Shown here one piece after another: positions 46,061 to 55,775 of a DNA stretch of 64,000 nt (positions are counted from its first letter, which is position 1; each line of letters opens with the position of its first letter). This DNA comes from a virus (lineage: Duplodnaviria; Caudoviricetes). The stretch lies in IMG/VR virus record IMGVR_UViG_3300029288_000008, positions 1 to 64,000 of that record; one strand, written 5' to 3'. The position numbers and the translations under genes were made by a program. The notes below the pieces were generated by a model. That model saw nothing but the letters and a program-made list of their open reading frames with translations, was not told where the DNA came from and ran no database searches.

Positions 46061-46405
46061 GTGGGTATAAAAGAATTTTTTAGCGAGTTGTTTTCTACGA
46101 CAAAAGAAGAAATCATTACAGACCTTCAGGTTGAGCTTTATAAAAGAGCAGGACAGGTAATCAAGCTGTCAGAACAGGTAGAAGCGCAAAAAAATATTAT
46201 CAAATCTCTTGAAAACAAACACGGTTATTATGTTGGATTTAATGACAACAATCTTGAGTCTAGTCATATTTATGCAAACAGAGTTGGATTTTATGATGAT
46301 AAATATGTGTTTTATCTAGGCGAAAGAGTTGTAGCTATATTAAGTTCTGAGATTTATAAAGAGGTTATTTTTGTTGAAGATGAAAAGGAGAATGTAAATG
46401 AGTGA
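46061..46405 (+). CDS. hypothetical protein
   Basis: RBS AAGGAG with GTG start; own promoter. Confidence 0.6.
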   Translation: MGIKEFFSELFSTTKEEIITDLQVELYKRAGQVIKLSEQVEAQKNIIKSLENKHGYYVGFNDNNLESSHIYANRVGFYDDKYVFYLGERVVAILSSEIYKEVIFVEDEKENVNE

Positions 46406-46619
46406 CGGTGAGGGCGTTTTATATGGATGTTTACTTATTGTTGTTTTAATGCTTGTTATCGCTGTTTTATCGGCGATTCCTGTTTTGATTCTTTGGAACT
46501 GGTTAATGCCTGACTTGTTTGGACTTCAAACAATTAACCTTTGGCAAGCCATTGGGATTAGCGTTCTTTGTTCACTTCTGTTTAAGTCTAGCGTTCCAAG
46601 CAATTCAAGTAATAAGTAA
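46398..46619 (+). CDS. small membrane protein
   Basis: ILWNWLMP.LFGL..I..WQA.G. Confidence 0.7.
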   Translation: MSDGEGVLYGCLLIVVLMLVIAVLSAIPVLILWNWLMPDLFGLQTINLWQAIGISVLCSLLFKSSVPSNSSNK

Positions 46620-46838
46620 ACTGTAATCAGATCATATTCAAAAAGACCGGTGCTAAAATCCGGTCTACATTTTTATCTAAGGAGCGTTATAAATGAATTT
46701 GAAGTTTGTTATAGAAAATTGGTTTGAATGGGAGACGTGTAAAGTGAAAGAATTATGGGGATACTTTTTGAATATTCCGAGTGCGATTAGACACCATAGC
46801 CTTATGTGGCACATCAGTGAAATGTGGAGGATACTAAA

Positions 46839-47294
46839 ATGGCAATTGCGCTTTCACAAAAAAGAATGAATCCGATGGTTTATCTGGGAATGGCGATTAT
46901 CATTGCTATGATCGCCGTTACCTTCGCTTATGTCTTAAATCAAGAACACGCTAACACCAAACATAACGAAGCGGTAATGATTAGGACAAACATTAAGAAT
47001 AAAGTCTGTCTTGTTGAGAGACTCTATTACAGCCCGGTTAGAGGGACGGTTTTAGTTCTGTGTCAAATTGATAGTGTCAATTGGGGAGGGTTGCCCATTC
47101 GCTTTACTGAGGATTACGGTAAAAAGTTCTTAGGTAAAGATACATACGAATGTACTGCTTTTATCGGCAGTTGGAAATATTGGGATAATGTTATCAGGCG
47201 TGATACATACCTGAGTCCAGATGATTTTATCCGGTTCGCCGATGGTAAAGTGTTCTCTGAATTTATAAGGTGGTTTGAAGCTAACTACCGATAG
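46839..47294 (+). CDS. hypothetical protein with N-terminal TM segment
   Basis: RBS GGAGG favours ATG 46839. Confidence 0.6.
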   Translation: MAIALSQKRMNPMVYLGMAIIIAMIAVTFAYVLNQEHANTKHNEAVMIRTNIKNKVCLVERLYYSPVRGTVLVLCQIDSVNWGGLPIRFTEDYGKKFLGKDTYECTAFIGSWKYWDNVIRRDTYLSPDDFIRFADGKVFSEFIRWFEANYR

Positions 47295-47377
47295 ATAGAT
47301 ACAAAAACGATACAACGGATGGTTAAATACCATCCGTTTTTTGTTGCCTTAATTTGCAAGATAAATTTTATATAAAT

Positions 47378-47405
47378 TTGACTTTGCAATTTTTTGTGTT
47401 ATAAT
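47378..47405 (+). promoter_or_regulatory. TTGACT-GCAA class promoter (protease-capsid operon)
   Basis: TTGACTTTGCAA...TGTGTTATAAT, spacer 16. Confidence 0.75.
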
Positions 47406-47421
47406 AAAGAATATAAAGATT

Positions 47422-49968
47422 ATGCAAATTGCTCAAATTATGGAAAACCTAGAAGAAAATAGTAAGGTTGGTAAAAGAGTTAGAGGGGATAAGGTCGGTC
47501 TTATCCAAGAGGTTATTGACGCCCTACAGACGTTGTTAAATTGGGCAGTTTATGAGGATGAAAATAAAGCGGCGACTAGGGGAGACTTAGAAGCAGCGAG
47601 AGAGAGAATGAAACCAAAACCAACAGCTTCTAGTGGTAGCAGCGCTTCTTCTGGTGCTAATTGGAATGCTAGAGTTGGCGAAACGATTATCGGGAACTTG
47701 GGACGTGGTGAAGGTGGACGGTTTATCAGTGCTGCTAATATTACAGCTATGATGAATCAGTTAGAGAAAGAGAATATTTCACCGGATATGTTTACCGGTA
47801 TGCAAGATTTGTTAGCGGGCAAGGAAGTTAGCGCAGCTATTTTAGAACAGTTGAAAGCAGCGGGTTTAGCGACTGAGGACGGGAAAGCATCTTCTAAGAC
47901 TGTACAGATTATCACGGCAATGAAAACCGGTGATCCTGATAAACTAAAGGGTACACTGAAGGAAACCGGTAAAGCGCCTGGTAAAGGTAAGGTAAGCGGA
48001 AAAAAGCCAAAAGAAGCGCCGAAACCGACTAAAGATGAAGTTGCCGCAAAGAACATAGATGAAACCGGTGCTAAGTTGATTGAACAAAATAGAATGACAC
48101 AGAATCAATTAAATGCATTAAAGATGTTTGCTAATGGAGAAACAGTTGACAATACTTTGATGAAAGAATTGATTGAAGCCGGTATTGTTTTGGTTAATGA
48201 TGATGGGTACTTTGCTTTTACCGGAAGCGGTGAAAGGTTCTTTGGGGCATTAGAGAAAGCCGACTTGAGAAAGGCACTTGACGAATTAACCAAAGCTAGA
48301 CAAGAATATTTGGACAGTCAAGAAGAAGAGTCAAAAAATTTTGAGGATGATAGCAATAATTTTTGCTTCGGCTTTAAGGTTCTTCAAAATGGTTATATTC
48401 TCAGTTTGACAACTAATGCTTATGAGGACAGGGAACGGGAAACCTTTACTCTAAAATCCATTGAGGATTATGTCAGTAGAAATTTAGAGAATGATGAAAA
48501 AGGAACTTATCAGTTTTGGCATATACCCGGTAGCGATTTTGCAGACATTCTGTGGCAAGGTGTAGCTGGTAAGTTTTTGGTAGAGATCGGGAAGTTTAGA
48601 GAAGACGAAATTGGACAGGGATTTAGAAGGTTCTTTACCGATAATCCAGAGGGACACAAGGAATTAGCGCCGGTTGGATGGGGTACTAGTCACGGTTTTG
48701 TCTATAAGAAATACGATAGAGAAGATGGGGTTTATGAGTGGTTTGATAAACAGGAAACTACCGTTCTGCCATTACAGGAAGCGGCAAATATTTATACGTT
48801 AGCTGAATTTATGTTGGGTGAGAAGGCTATGGAATTAAGTGAAAAGCAAATTGAGGCAGTTAATAAAATTGGCGCGGAGGTTGGTATGCCATCATTGTTA
48901 GAAAAGATTTTGGGGATGGGCAAGAAGAGAACTGAAGCCCTAGATGGGGCTGGCATTTCTTCTAAACAAGCGGTTATGAAAACAGAAGACGGGAAAGATT
49001 ATCCGGCTAGTTGTTACGCTTATGTACCTGACCCTGAAGCAGTTGATACTTGGAAACTGAGAATGTGCGCAGTGGGTACTACTGAGATTACCAGAGAACA
49101 ATTAGGTGCTGCTGCCGCCGCTTTTAGTCCGGGTGGTTTTAGGGGAAATAAGGTAGAGTTACCAAGTGAAGATGTGGATAAGGTTAAGGCAAAGTTGAGA
49201 AGCGAATATTCAAAGTTGGATGTAGCTAGAGAGGATATGCCAGAAAGTATTAAATCGTTGGAGGTTGAAGTGAAGGATGTAAAAGTAAAGTTTGCAGAAG
49301 CGTCAAAGGCTTGTGCTACTGATTTGCGAAAGAAAATGGACGATGTTTTGTCAGAAATGGAAAAAGAAGATTCTGATAAGGTCGCTATGGTCAGACAATT
49401 AGCAGAATTAGTTGCGCAGGTTACAGAAGAGGAACTGAGAGTACAGCTGGAAGAGTTGGTTAATTCGATGTTGGAAATGCTGAAACCGACAGAAGAAGCG
49501 TCAACAGAAGAAGAAGTTGCCACAGAAGAAGCGCCGGTTGCAGAAGAAGAAAAAGCTGAAGTAGATGTTGAAGCAATTGCTAAGGCGTTAAAGTTAGACG
49601 AACTTTCAATTCTGTTAGAAACTCAAACTAAGGCGATTGCGGAAAGCGCAGAGAAGATCAAGGCTTTTGAAACTGTGGTTAATGCTATCCAAGAATTAGT
49701 TGAGAAGGATAAGGCGCTGTATGAAAAGTTGGAAGCATTAGAAAGTGAAGTTAAGGGACTGAGAGAGAAATCAGTCGAATTAGCAAAAGAAGATGAGGTT
49801 AAGGTTGCCGAAAAACAGGCTAGATATACTCCGTTTTGGGCAAGTAATTTTCAAGCATCGAAGGCGGCTGAGACTGTGTTAAGCAGCGCAGAAAAGAAAA
49901 AGTTAAGCGCCCCTGAAGTTCCTAGTGTTATTCAATCTATGAGTAAGAAAGTTTTTGGAGGTAAGTAA
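47422..49968 (+). CDS. multidomain prohead protease/scaffold protein
   Basis: Directly upstream of the capsid gene; protease-like D.E.E.F...WH...GTSHGF...E.TVLP...AAN region; acidic C-terminal coiled coil. Confidence 0.6.
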   Translation: MQIAQIMENLEENSKVGKRVRGDKVGLIQEVIDALQTLLNWAVYEDENKAATRGDLEAARERMKPKPTASSGSSASSGANWNARVGETIIGNLGRGEGGRFISAANITAMMNQLEKENISPDMFTGMQDLLAGKEVSAAILEQLKAAGLATEDGKASSKTVQIITAMKTGDPDKLKGTLKETGKAPGKGKVSGKKPKEAPKPTKDEVAAKNIDETGAKLIEQNRMTQNQLNALKMFANGETVDNTLMKELIEAGIVLVNDDGYFAFTGSGERFFGALEKADLRKALDELTKARQEYLDSQEEESKNFEDDSNNFCFGFKVLQNGYILSLTTNAYEDRERETFTLKSIEDYVSRNLENDEKGTYQFWHIPGSDFADILWQGVAGKFLVEIGKFREDEIGQGFRRFFTDNPEGHKELAPVGWGTSHGFVYKKYDREDGVYEWFDKQETTVLPLQEAANIYTLAEFMLGEKAMELSEKQIEAVNKIGAEVGMPSLLEKILGMGKKRTEALDGAGISSKQAVMKTEDGKDYPASCYAYVPDPEAVDTWKLRMCAVGTTEITREQLGAAAAAFSPGGFRGNKVELPSEDVDKVKAKLRSEYSKLDVAREDMPESIKSLEVEVKDVKVKFAEASKACATDLRKKMDDVLSEMEKEDSDKVAMVRQLAELVAQVTEEELRVQLEELVNSMLEMLKPTEEASTEEEVATEEAPVAEEEKAEVDVEAIAKALKLDELSILLETQTKAIAESAEKIKAFETVVNAIQELVEKDKALYEKLEALESEVKGLREKSVELAKEDEVKVAEKQARYTPFWASNFQASKAAETVLSSAEKKKLSAPEVPSVIQSMSKKVFGGK

Positions 49969-49970
49969 AA

Positions 49971-51404
49971 ATGAGTGAGTTAGAACAAGTACTTGCAAAG
50001 TACTTTGCAGAATCTTATGGTAAAAAGGCCCCAACGGGTACTCCTACCACAAATAATGTTCATGGGCCTGGTGGTATCTTTGGTGTTGCCGGTTTAGACC
50101 AACAGATTATTAGCGCTAGAGTTGCCCCGCGTGGTGTTGCGCAAATGTTGACTGTAAACCCAACGGTTTACACTGACCCAATGTACCCATACATTACCGG
50201 TATGGAATTTATTAACAGTACTCAACCGGTTGGTGTTTGTGATACTTGTGTAAGTGTAGAAACCGAAAGTTGTATTCAGACTGCGCCTTTAGGTAGAGTT
50301 TGTGTTGAATCTAAGGAACTGGAAGTTAATAGAACGTTCCAAAGAATTAACGCCGGCGAAATGGATTTGCAACTGGTTAATAGTATTCTTGGACAAGATG
50401 ATAGCTTTGTACCGACTCCTTCACAAGGAGAACAGGCTATCAATATGGCCATCGCTTGGGCAATGGTTGAAATTGGCGTTGGGATGCAGAACCTTTTAAC
50501 TCCGATGGTTTGGAATGGCAACCCTGGCAACAATACCGCCGGTGGCGGCTATAAAGAATTCATTGGACTTGATACTCTAATCGGCGTCAATAAAGTGGAT
50601 GCAATTACCGGTACCCGTTGTAATGCACTCGATTCTGACGTTAAGGAATTTAACTATCAAACTATCGGTTCTACTGACGCGGCTGGTAATTTCAATATCG
50701 TTAGATATATGAATATGGTTTCTGTGTATGTGAAGCATAATGCAGAAAGACAAGGTTTAATGCCGGTTCAGTGGGCGTGGGTGCTAAGACCTGAGGCGTG
50801 GCAAGAACTCTTGGAAGTTTGGCCGGTTGCTTACTATACTAATAGACAGTTGACTTTACCGGCCGGTAATACTACATTCTTAGATGGTGTAAGAACCGCA
50901 CAGCTTAGAGAAGAAATGAGAAACGGTATGTTTATTGATACCGCTGCCGGTAGATTCCCAGTTGTAACCGACGACGGTATCTTTGAACACGATTCTACTA
51001 ATGATGCCAACGTTCCTGCCGGTTCTTTCGCTTCTACATTCTACTTTGTACCGCTATCATATCTCGGAAGCCGTCCAGCTACCTATCTCGAATATCTCGA
51101 TTATCGTGGTGCTTTGCCAGAAATTCGATCATTGAATGAAACCGATTCATATTGGGTATCGGATAATGGTCGGTTTATGTGGACACAAGAACAATTTAAA
51201 TGGTGTTTCACAGTATCAGGAAAAATTGAACCAAGAATTATACTTCGTACTCCACAACTTGCGGGCAAAATCGAACACGTACTTTACACGCCTCTTCAAC
51301 ACCTTAGAAGTTTTGACGAAGATTCAGACTACTTTTATAAGCAAGGTACTCCTTCTCGTGATTATCCAAGCTTATGGAATGACTATAACTACCCTCGCCA
51401 GTAG
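49971..51404 (+). CDS. major capsid protein (inferred)
   Basis: 477 aa after the scaffold gene, followed by a terminator; no decisive motif. Confidence 0.65.
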   Translation: MSELEQVLAKYFAESYGKKAPTGTPTTNNVHGPGGIFGVAGLDQQIISARVAPRGVAQMLTVNPTVYTDPMYPYITGMEFINSTQPVGVCDTCVSVETESCIQTAPLGRVCVESKELEVNRTFQRINAGEMDLQLVNSILGQDDSFVPTPSQGEQAINMAIAWAMVEIGVGMQNLLTPMVWNGNPGNNTAGGGYKEFIGLDTLIGVNKVDAITGTRCNALDSDVKEFNYQTIGSTDAAGNFNIVRYMNMVSVYVKHNAERQGLMPVQWAWVLRPEAWQELLEVWPVAYYTNRQLTLPAGNTTFLDGVRTAQLREEMRNGMFIDTAAGRFPVVTDDGIFEHDSTNDANVPAGSFASTFYFVPLSYLGSRPATYLEYLDYRGALPEIRSLNETDSYWVSDNGRFMWTQEQFKWCFTVSGKIEPRIILRTPQLAGKIEHVLYTPLQHLRSFDEDSDYFYKQGTPSRDYPSLWNDYNYPRQ

Positions 51405-51422
51405 TCTATACATTCAATCAAT

Positions 51423-51457
51423 AAAAATAGAGTGGAATTTGTTTCCACTCTATTTTT
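51423..51457. terminator. bidirectional terminator
   Basis: AAAAATAGAGTGGAA-N5-TTCCACTCTATTTTT. Confidence 0.9.
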
Positions 51458-52364
51458 TGTTTCTGCAAATTGTATTTATGTAATACTTGGTTACTCCAAA
51501 CATCTTACCCAAAACTTCTCTATGATAACCAAGTGTTTTTAATCTTCTTATTTCGTCTTTGTCTGATTCTGTCAGTTTTCTAATGTGGCATTTCTTGACA
51601 TTTTCGCTTTGTGTAACATACTCAAGATTTGATAAGGTATTGTTTTGTCTGTTGCCATCTATGTGATTAACCACCAGATCGGATTTTCCAAAGAATGTTA
51701 ATGCAATCAATCTATGGATATATTGCCTATCTCTATGTGCATTCTCGATTAGGTTTACTTTTACATATCCATTAGGCTGTATCTGTGGTTTAAGTGCGTT
51801 ACCTGATTTTGTGCTCAGTATCCTTCCATAATCGCTGGCATAATAACAAGTATATCCTGGTATCAACTTCACGGTTTCACCTTCTAAAACTTCAAAATCA
51901 AATCTCTTTTCTGAATCTTTCTTGTCTGTTTTTAATATGTTGCGTATAGTTGTTTTTGATACACCCATCATTTTAGCTATTTTTCCATAGCCGTACCCAT
52001 TATTATGTAATTCGATTACAGTGTTTTTATCAGGTGGCTGTTTAGCTTTAGTTAATCCACTGATATGATAGGCGCAATGGATAGCGTTTTCAGATTGTGT
52101 CACCGCTTCTAAATTAGAAAGACGGTTATTTTGCTTATCACCATCTATGTGATTTATATTATAACCGTCTTTCAAATCAAGAAAAGCCATAGCAACAACT
52201 CTATGAATGAGCATTACATTATGATTTATGCAAACTCTACCGTATCCATCTTGTTTGTTATAGTTAATGTTTAATGTATCGCGTTTGTAGGCGCTGTAAA
52301 CTTCACCGTCGCTACTCACTACATACGCATTATCAAATCCCGGTATTGTTCTCCATTCAGTCAT
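51450..52364 (-). CDS. tandem NUMOD4-HNH homing endonuclease
   Basis: Two WRTIPG/Y.VS..G + IHR.VA..F + INH.DG.KQNN..SNLE units, each followed by an HTH; the -10 box overlaps the track start, so ATG 52364 is preferred. Confidence 0.85.
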   Translation of the reverse strand: MTEWRTIPGFDNAYVVSSDGEVYSAYKRDTLNINYNKQDGYGRVCINHNVMLIHRVVAMAFLDLKDGYNINHIDGDKQNNRLSNLEAVTQSENAIHCAYHISGLTKAKQPPDKNTVIELHNNGYGYGKIAKMMGVSKTTIRNILKTDKKDSEKRFDFEVLEGETVKLIPGYTCYYASDYGRILSTKSGNALKPQIQPNGYVKVNLIENAHRDRQYIHRLIALTFFGKSDLVVNHIDGNRQNNTLSNLEYVTQSENVKKCHIRKLTESDKDEIRRLKTLGYHREVLGKMFGVTKYYINTICRNKK

Positions 52365-52400
52365 ACCCAACATTATACCAGCAATTGGTAAATGTGCAAG

Positions 52401-52652
52401 TTATTGTTTATAACTAAACTCTTCAATCACTCTATCCTTGAATGGATAGAGAACTATATAAATCAATTTCGGTTTTGATTCAGGATAGCGATTATGAATT
52501 ATCCTAAGTGCTTTCAGTGCTTTCTTTTTGGTTTCATAGTATTTCGTACTGTGACAAAATCCATCTATCGGTTTATGTATGATTTTGTCTTTATGCCAAG
52601 TATACCCATTATTCAATGTAATTTTAATTAGCTTATTACGCTTCCCCATCAA
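52401..52652 (-). CDS. hypothetical protein
   Basis: Packed in the operon. Confidence 0.5.
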   Translation of the reverse strand: MMGKRNKLIKITLNNGYTWHKDKIIHKPIDGFCHSTKYYETKKKALKALRIIHNRYPESKPKLIYIVLYPFKDRVIEEFSYKQ

Positions 52653-53004
52653 ACCACCTCTTAATCGTTGCGATGGTCAAATCAACCTCATTGAAAAGCC
52701 GTTCTTGCTTTTCGTTGTCAAGGCAACTGAACTGAGTTCTAAAAACCTCTAAGCCGTCTTTCAGTCCCATTTCATCTATCATATCGGGAAACAGATCATT
52801 AGAGGTTCTCTTTGAGAGAATAGCATAACACCATTCTTTAACTCCCTCTAGTTCCTTGTTTTGCCATTCATTATACAGCCCGATCATACAGCGCTTCAGT
52901 TGATGATAATAGGCTGTAATCTTAGTACCATCTTCTAACCAACAGATACAATTCTGTTTACCCGTTGGGCGATACTCTTTATAATTCCAGGTTTTGTAAT
53001 TCAT
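52636..53004 (-). CDS. hypothetical protein
   Basis: Packed in the operon. Confidence 0.55.
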   Translation of the reverse strand: MNYKTWNYKEYRPTGKQNCICWLEDGTKITAYYHQLKRCMIGLYNEWQNKELEGVKEWCYAILSKRTSNDLFPDMIDEMGLKDGLEVFRTQFSCLDNEKQERLFNEVDLTIATIKRWFDGEA

Positions 53005-53005
53005 T

Positions 53006-53818
53006 TTAGTTTACCTTTATTCCTGTAATTTCTTCAAACACCGTTGCATCAAACCATTCCCATTCTACAAATTCTTTCTTTAGTTCTTCTGGGATTGACC
53101 TCCACCAAATCTCACAAGCCGTTTTATAATCGCGCTTTAACAATACCCCTTCTTGACATTCGTACTTTTTGTACTCTTCTTTCTCTTCTTCTGTCATATC
53201 GTCAAATGACAGCCAGTATGTTAATGGAAATTCGTAATTGTACAACAAACAGCGAATGTTTTCATACTTGTCGTCATTAAAGAAGTCTTCAAACTCAATA
53301 TCGGTTTGCTTGTTAAAAATGCGCATTTTTGGAGTATCGCTGCAAAACAATCCTGAATTCCAATTGCCTGAATTCCAATTGCCTGAATTCCTATCGCCTG
53401 AATTCCAATCGCCTGAATTCCAATCGCCTGAATTCCTATCGCCTGAATTCCAATCGCCTGAATTCCTATCGCCTGAATTAGCTAATCCGCTATTAGCTTT
53501 ACCCAAATTTACCACTTCAAGAACTTCATTCCAAGTTAATTCTCGAACAATTTCAATATCATCTGTAACGCTCTTATCATCACTGTCAAAAACTTCACCA
53601 CGTGCAACAACTTCACACACACGGTTTCTAATATCGAATGAATAATAATTAAAAACGTCTTTAGCCTTACGACAAAAATGAAAGCCAGATTCGCACAATT
53701 CAATCCTGCCATTATGCTTATAACGTTTTCCAACCTCATATTGAAAGTTGTTACGACACTGCAAATTTTCATCAAAACATTTGTATCCTGTAACCATTTC
53801 TATTCTCCTTTTCTCCAA
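53006..53818 (-). CDS. phage protein with NSG(D/N)(R/W) pentapeptide repeats
   Basis: GYKCFD..L.CR..FQYEVG...C..GFHFC N-terminal domain; repeats; F..ITGI C-terminus. Confidence 0.8.
   Translation of the reverse strand: MEKRRIEMVTGYKCFDENLQCRNNFQYEVGKRYKHNGRIELCESGFHFCRKAKDVFNYYSFDIRNRVCEVVARGEVFDSDDKSVTDDIEIVRELTWNEVLEVVNLGKANSGLANSGDRNSGDWNSGDRNSGDWNSGDWNSGDRNSGNWNSGNWNSGLFCSDTPKMRIFNKQTDIEFEDFFNDDKYENIRCLLYNYEFPLTYWLSFDDMTEEEKEEYKKYECQEGVLLKRDYKTACEIWWRSIPEELKKEFVEWEWFDATVFEEITGIKVN
53352..53479. repeat. 15-bp coding tandem repeat (8 full units plus a partial one)
   Basis: CCTGAATTC(C)(A/T)AT(T/C)G units encoding NSGDR/NSGDW/NSGNW. Confidence 0.95.
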
Positions 53819-54051
53819 TACTCTATCGAATTTTTCTTTTCAAAACCTAATCCTAAAAGCGTGCTTTCAGCATCTTCTAAGGTAAACCACATCGTTTGAT
53901 GTTCTAACATTTCACACGGCGCTTGCCCGTGTTTAATCACCGGTTGACGTTTGTTGTCAACATTATACGTTGTCTTTCCAACAAGATCGAAACCATTATA
54001 CCGATTATGCTCCCAATGGAGCAGATCATACAACTTGACCTGTTCTTCCAT
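53800..54051 (-). CDS. hypothetical protein
   Basis: RBS GGGGAG before ATG 54051; the upstream part of the track ORF overlaps another gene. Confidence 0.55.
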   Translation of the reverse strand: MEEQVKLYDLLHWEHNRYNGFDLVGKTTYNVDNKRQPVIKHGQAPCEMLEHQTMWFTLEDAESTLLGLGFEKKNSIEYWRKGE

Positions 54052-54355
54052 ATTTCTCCCCTGATTTACTAAACGTTTCATTAGTTGCCAACATTTCTTC
54101 CATATCTTCAAGATCAATATGGGATACACCGTGGTAATAATCTTCTTCTTTGGTAAACCCGTCCTCAATGATTGGGCAGTTTGGATTACGGCAAACTCCC
54201 CAAATTGAAGTATAGCGTTTGTCTTTTGTATCTTCAAACACCATAACAATTTCCCAATCATAACCGGCGCAACACAAGCCAGTATAAATATCGTCAACCT
54301 TAACCTCGCCAGTTGTTGTAATTTCACCATCTTCTTCTAAATGTACTTCAAGCAT
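54026..54355 (-). CDS. hypothetical protein
   Basis: RBS AAGGAG; own promoter. Confidence 0.6.
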   Translation of the reverse strand: MLEVHLEEDGEITTTGEVKVDDIYTGLCCAGYDWEIVMVFEDTKDKRYTSIWGVCRNPNCPIIEDGFTKEEDYYHGVSHIDLEDMEEMLATNETFSKSGEKYGRTGQVV

Positions 54356-54467
54356 AACGCAAAATCTCCTTATCAGATTTAACAACATTTTACACCCATT
54401 GGGCTATCCTGTCAATACCCAATTTCATAAAATTGACAAATTAGTTATTTGTGCTATAATTCTTGAA

Positions 54468-54836
54468 ATGGAAGTTACAAGAGAATACCTAATACAAAAC
54501 AAGAATCACATCTTTGTTTTTGGAGACAACCAAAAACGTATTGGAACCGGTGGGGCAGCGAAACTTAGAGATTTACCCAACACCTACGGTTTCATAACTA
54601 AGAAATATCCCTGTAATCATAATTGGTGTTTTTATGCTTCCAGTGAATACATACCGGTTTATGCTTTTGAAATTGTCCGCTTGATTGCAGAGATTGAAAG
54701 CAATCCCGACAAAATCTATCTAATCTCAAAGATCGGTAGTGGACTAGCTAACAAATTCAGAATCTTTGAAAACGTTATTGAACCTAGCATCAAAGCAGAT
54801 TTGTCCCAATATACTAACGTGGTGTTTTTATGGTAG
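54468..54836 (+). CDS. phage protein, macrodomain-like IFVFGDN family (probably leaderless)
   Basis: IFVFGDN....G.GGAA...TYG..TK...IGSGLA; promoter TTGACA...TATAAT 54455. Confidence 0.6.
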   Translation: MEVTREYLIQNKNHIFVFGDNQKRIGTGGAAKLRDLPNTYGFITKKYPCNHNWCFYASSEYIPVYAFEIVRLIAEIESNPDKIYLISKIGSGLANKFRIFENVIEPSIKADLSQYTNVVFLW

Positions 54837-55537
54837 ATATATCAGTTCTCTTAGTAACGTTCGGTAGACCCAAAGAAATCAGAAAGACGGTTTACGAACT
54901 TCTAAAGCATCAAAATTACCCACTGGAAAATTTACACTTTCATCTTGCGGATAATGATACCGAAAGGCGTTTAGGTATCAAAGATTACACTTCAATGATA
55001 CTTTCTGACTTTTCTTTTCTCAACTGGACATACTCAATTGAAACACGGCCAGGATGGGGATACAACGTTAATACGGTATTAAAACAGATAAACACGAATT
55101 ATATCTTTTTAATTGAGGATGACTATGTTGCACATCGTCCAGTAGATTTGGTGTCTGGGGTAGAGTTAATGGAAGCACAAGCCAACATCGGTTTAATTCG
55201 TTATGATGGGATAGCAGCGCATAACGGCTTAATCCTTCACCTTAGAGAGGCAACAACACCCAATGGAAAGAAGATAGATTATTGTCTCATAGACAAGAGC
55301 AGTCAACATCTTAATGTATACTCTAATCGCCCTCACCTTAGACACAGACGGTTTACCGATTGCTATGGATATTATATAGAAGGGAAAGCATTAGGAGTAA
55401 CAGAAGAAACGATGGCACATAATGTACTAGACAAGAAACAATGTCCAGATGTTGCCATCTTAGGAGACGGTATAGCGAATGCTTTTGAGCATATCGGCGC
55501 ATCATTTCAGGGTAGCGAATTCGACAAAAGGAGCTAA
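54830..55537 (+). CDS. glycosyltransferase family 2
   Basis: SVLLVTFGR, LADN, FLIEDD. Confidence 0.8.
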   Translation: MVDISVLLVTFGRPKEIRKTVYELLKHQNYPLENLHFHLADNDTERRLGIKDYTSMILSDFSFLNWTYSIETRPGWGYNVNTVLKQINTNYIFLIEDDYVAHRPVDLVSGVELMEAQANIGLIRYDGIAAHNGLILHLREATTPNGKKIDYCLIDKSSQHLNVYSNRPHLRHRRFTDCYGYYIEGKALGVTEETMAHNVLDKKQCPDVAILGDGIANAFEHIGASFQGSEFDKRS

Positions 55538-55540
55538 AAA

Positions 55541-55771
55541 ATGGATAAGAAAAATGATTTAATTTTAGAACTGAATAAATGTCTTGAAACAGCCGTTGGA
55601 ATTAAGTTTAAGTTGAGAGAGTTAGTAGAAGATAATAGAGAATCTGCGTCTGGGATTGACCCGATTGCAAAACTAGATGTGGCAATGATTAGAACAGAAG
55701 ATTTATATAAAACGTTAAAAGAAATTAACGAACTGTCAACAAGAATTATTTCATACTTTGGGGTAGAATAA
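55541..55771 (+). CDS. hypothetical protein
   Basis: RBS AAGGAG. Confidence 0.6.
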   Translation: MDKKNDLILELNKCLETAVGIKFKLRELVEDNRESASGIDPIAKLDVAMIRTEDLYKTLKEINELSTRIISYFGVE

Positions 55772-55775
55772 TCCT

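Noticed and set aside
53238-53645. Plus-strand PEFQS-repeat ORF, or the 15-bp repeat as a CRISPR/VNTR system
   Set aside because: It is the antisense reading of the NSGD(R/W) pentapeptide gene, a common phage family
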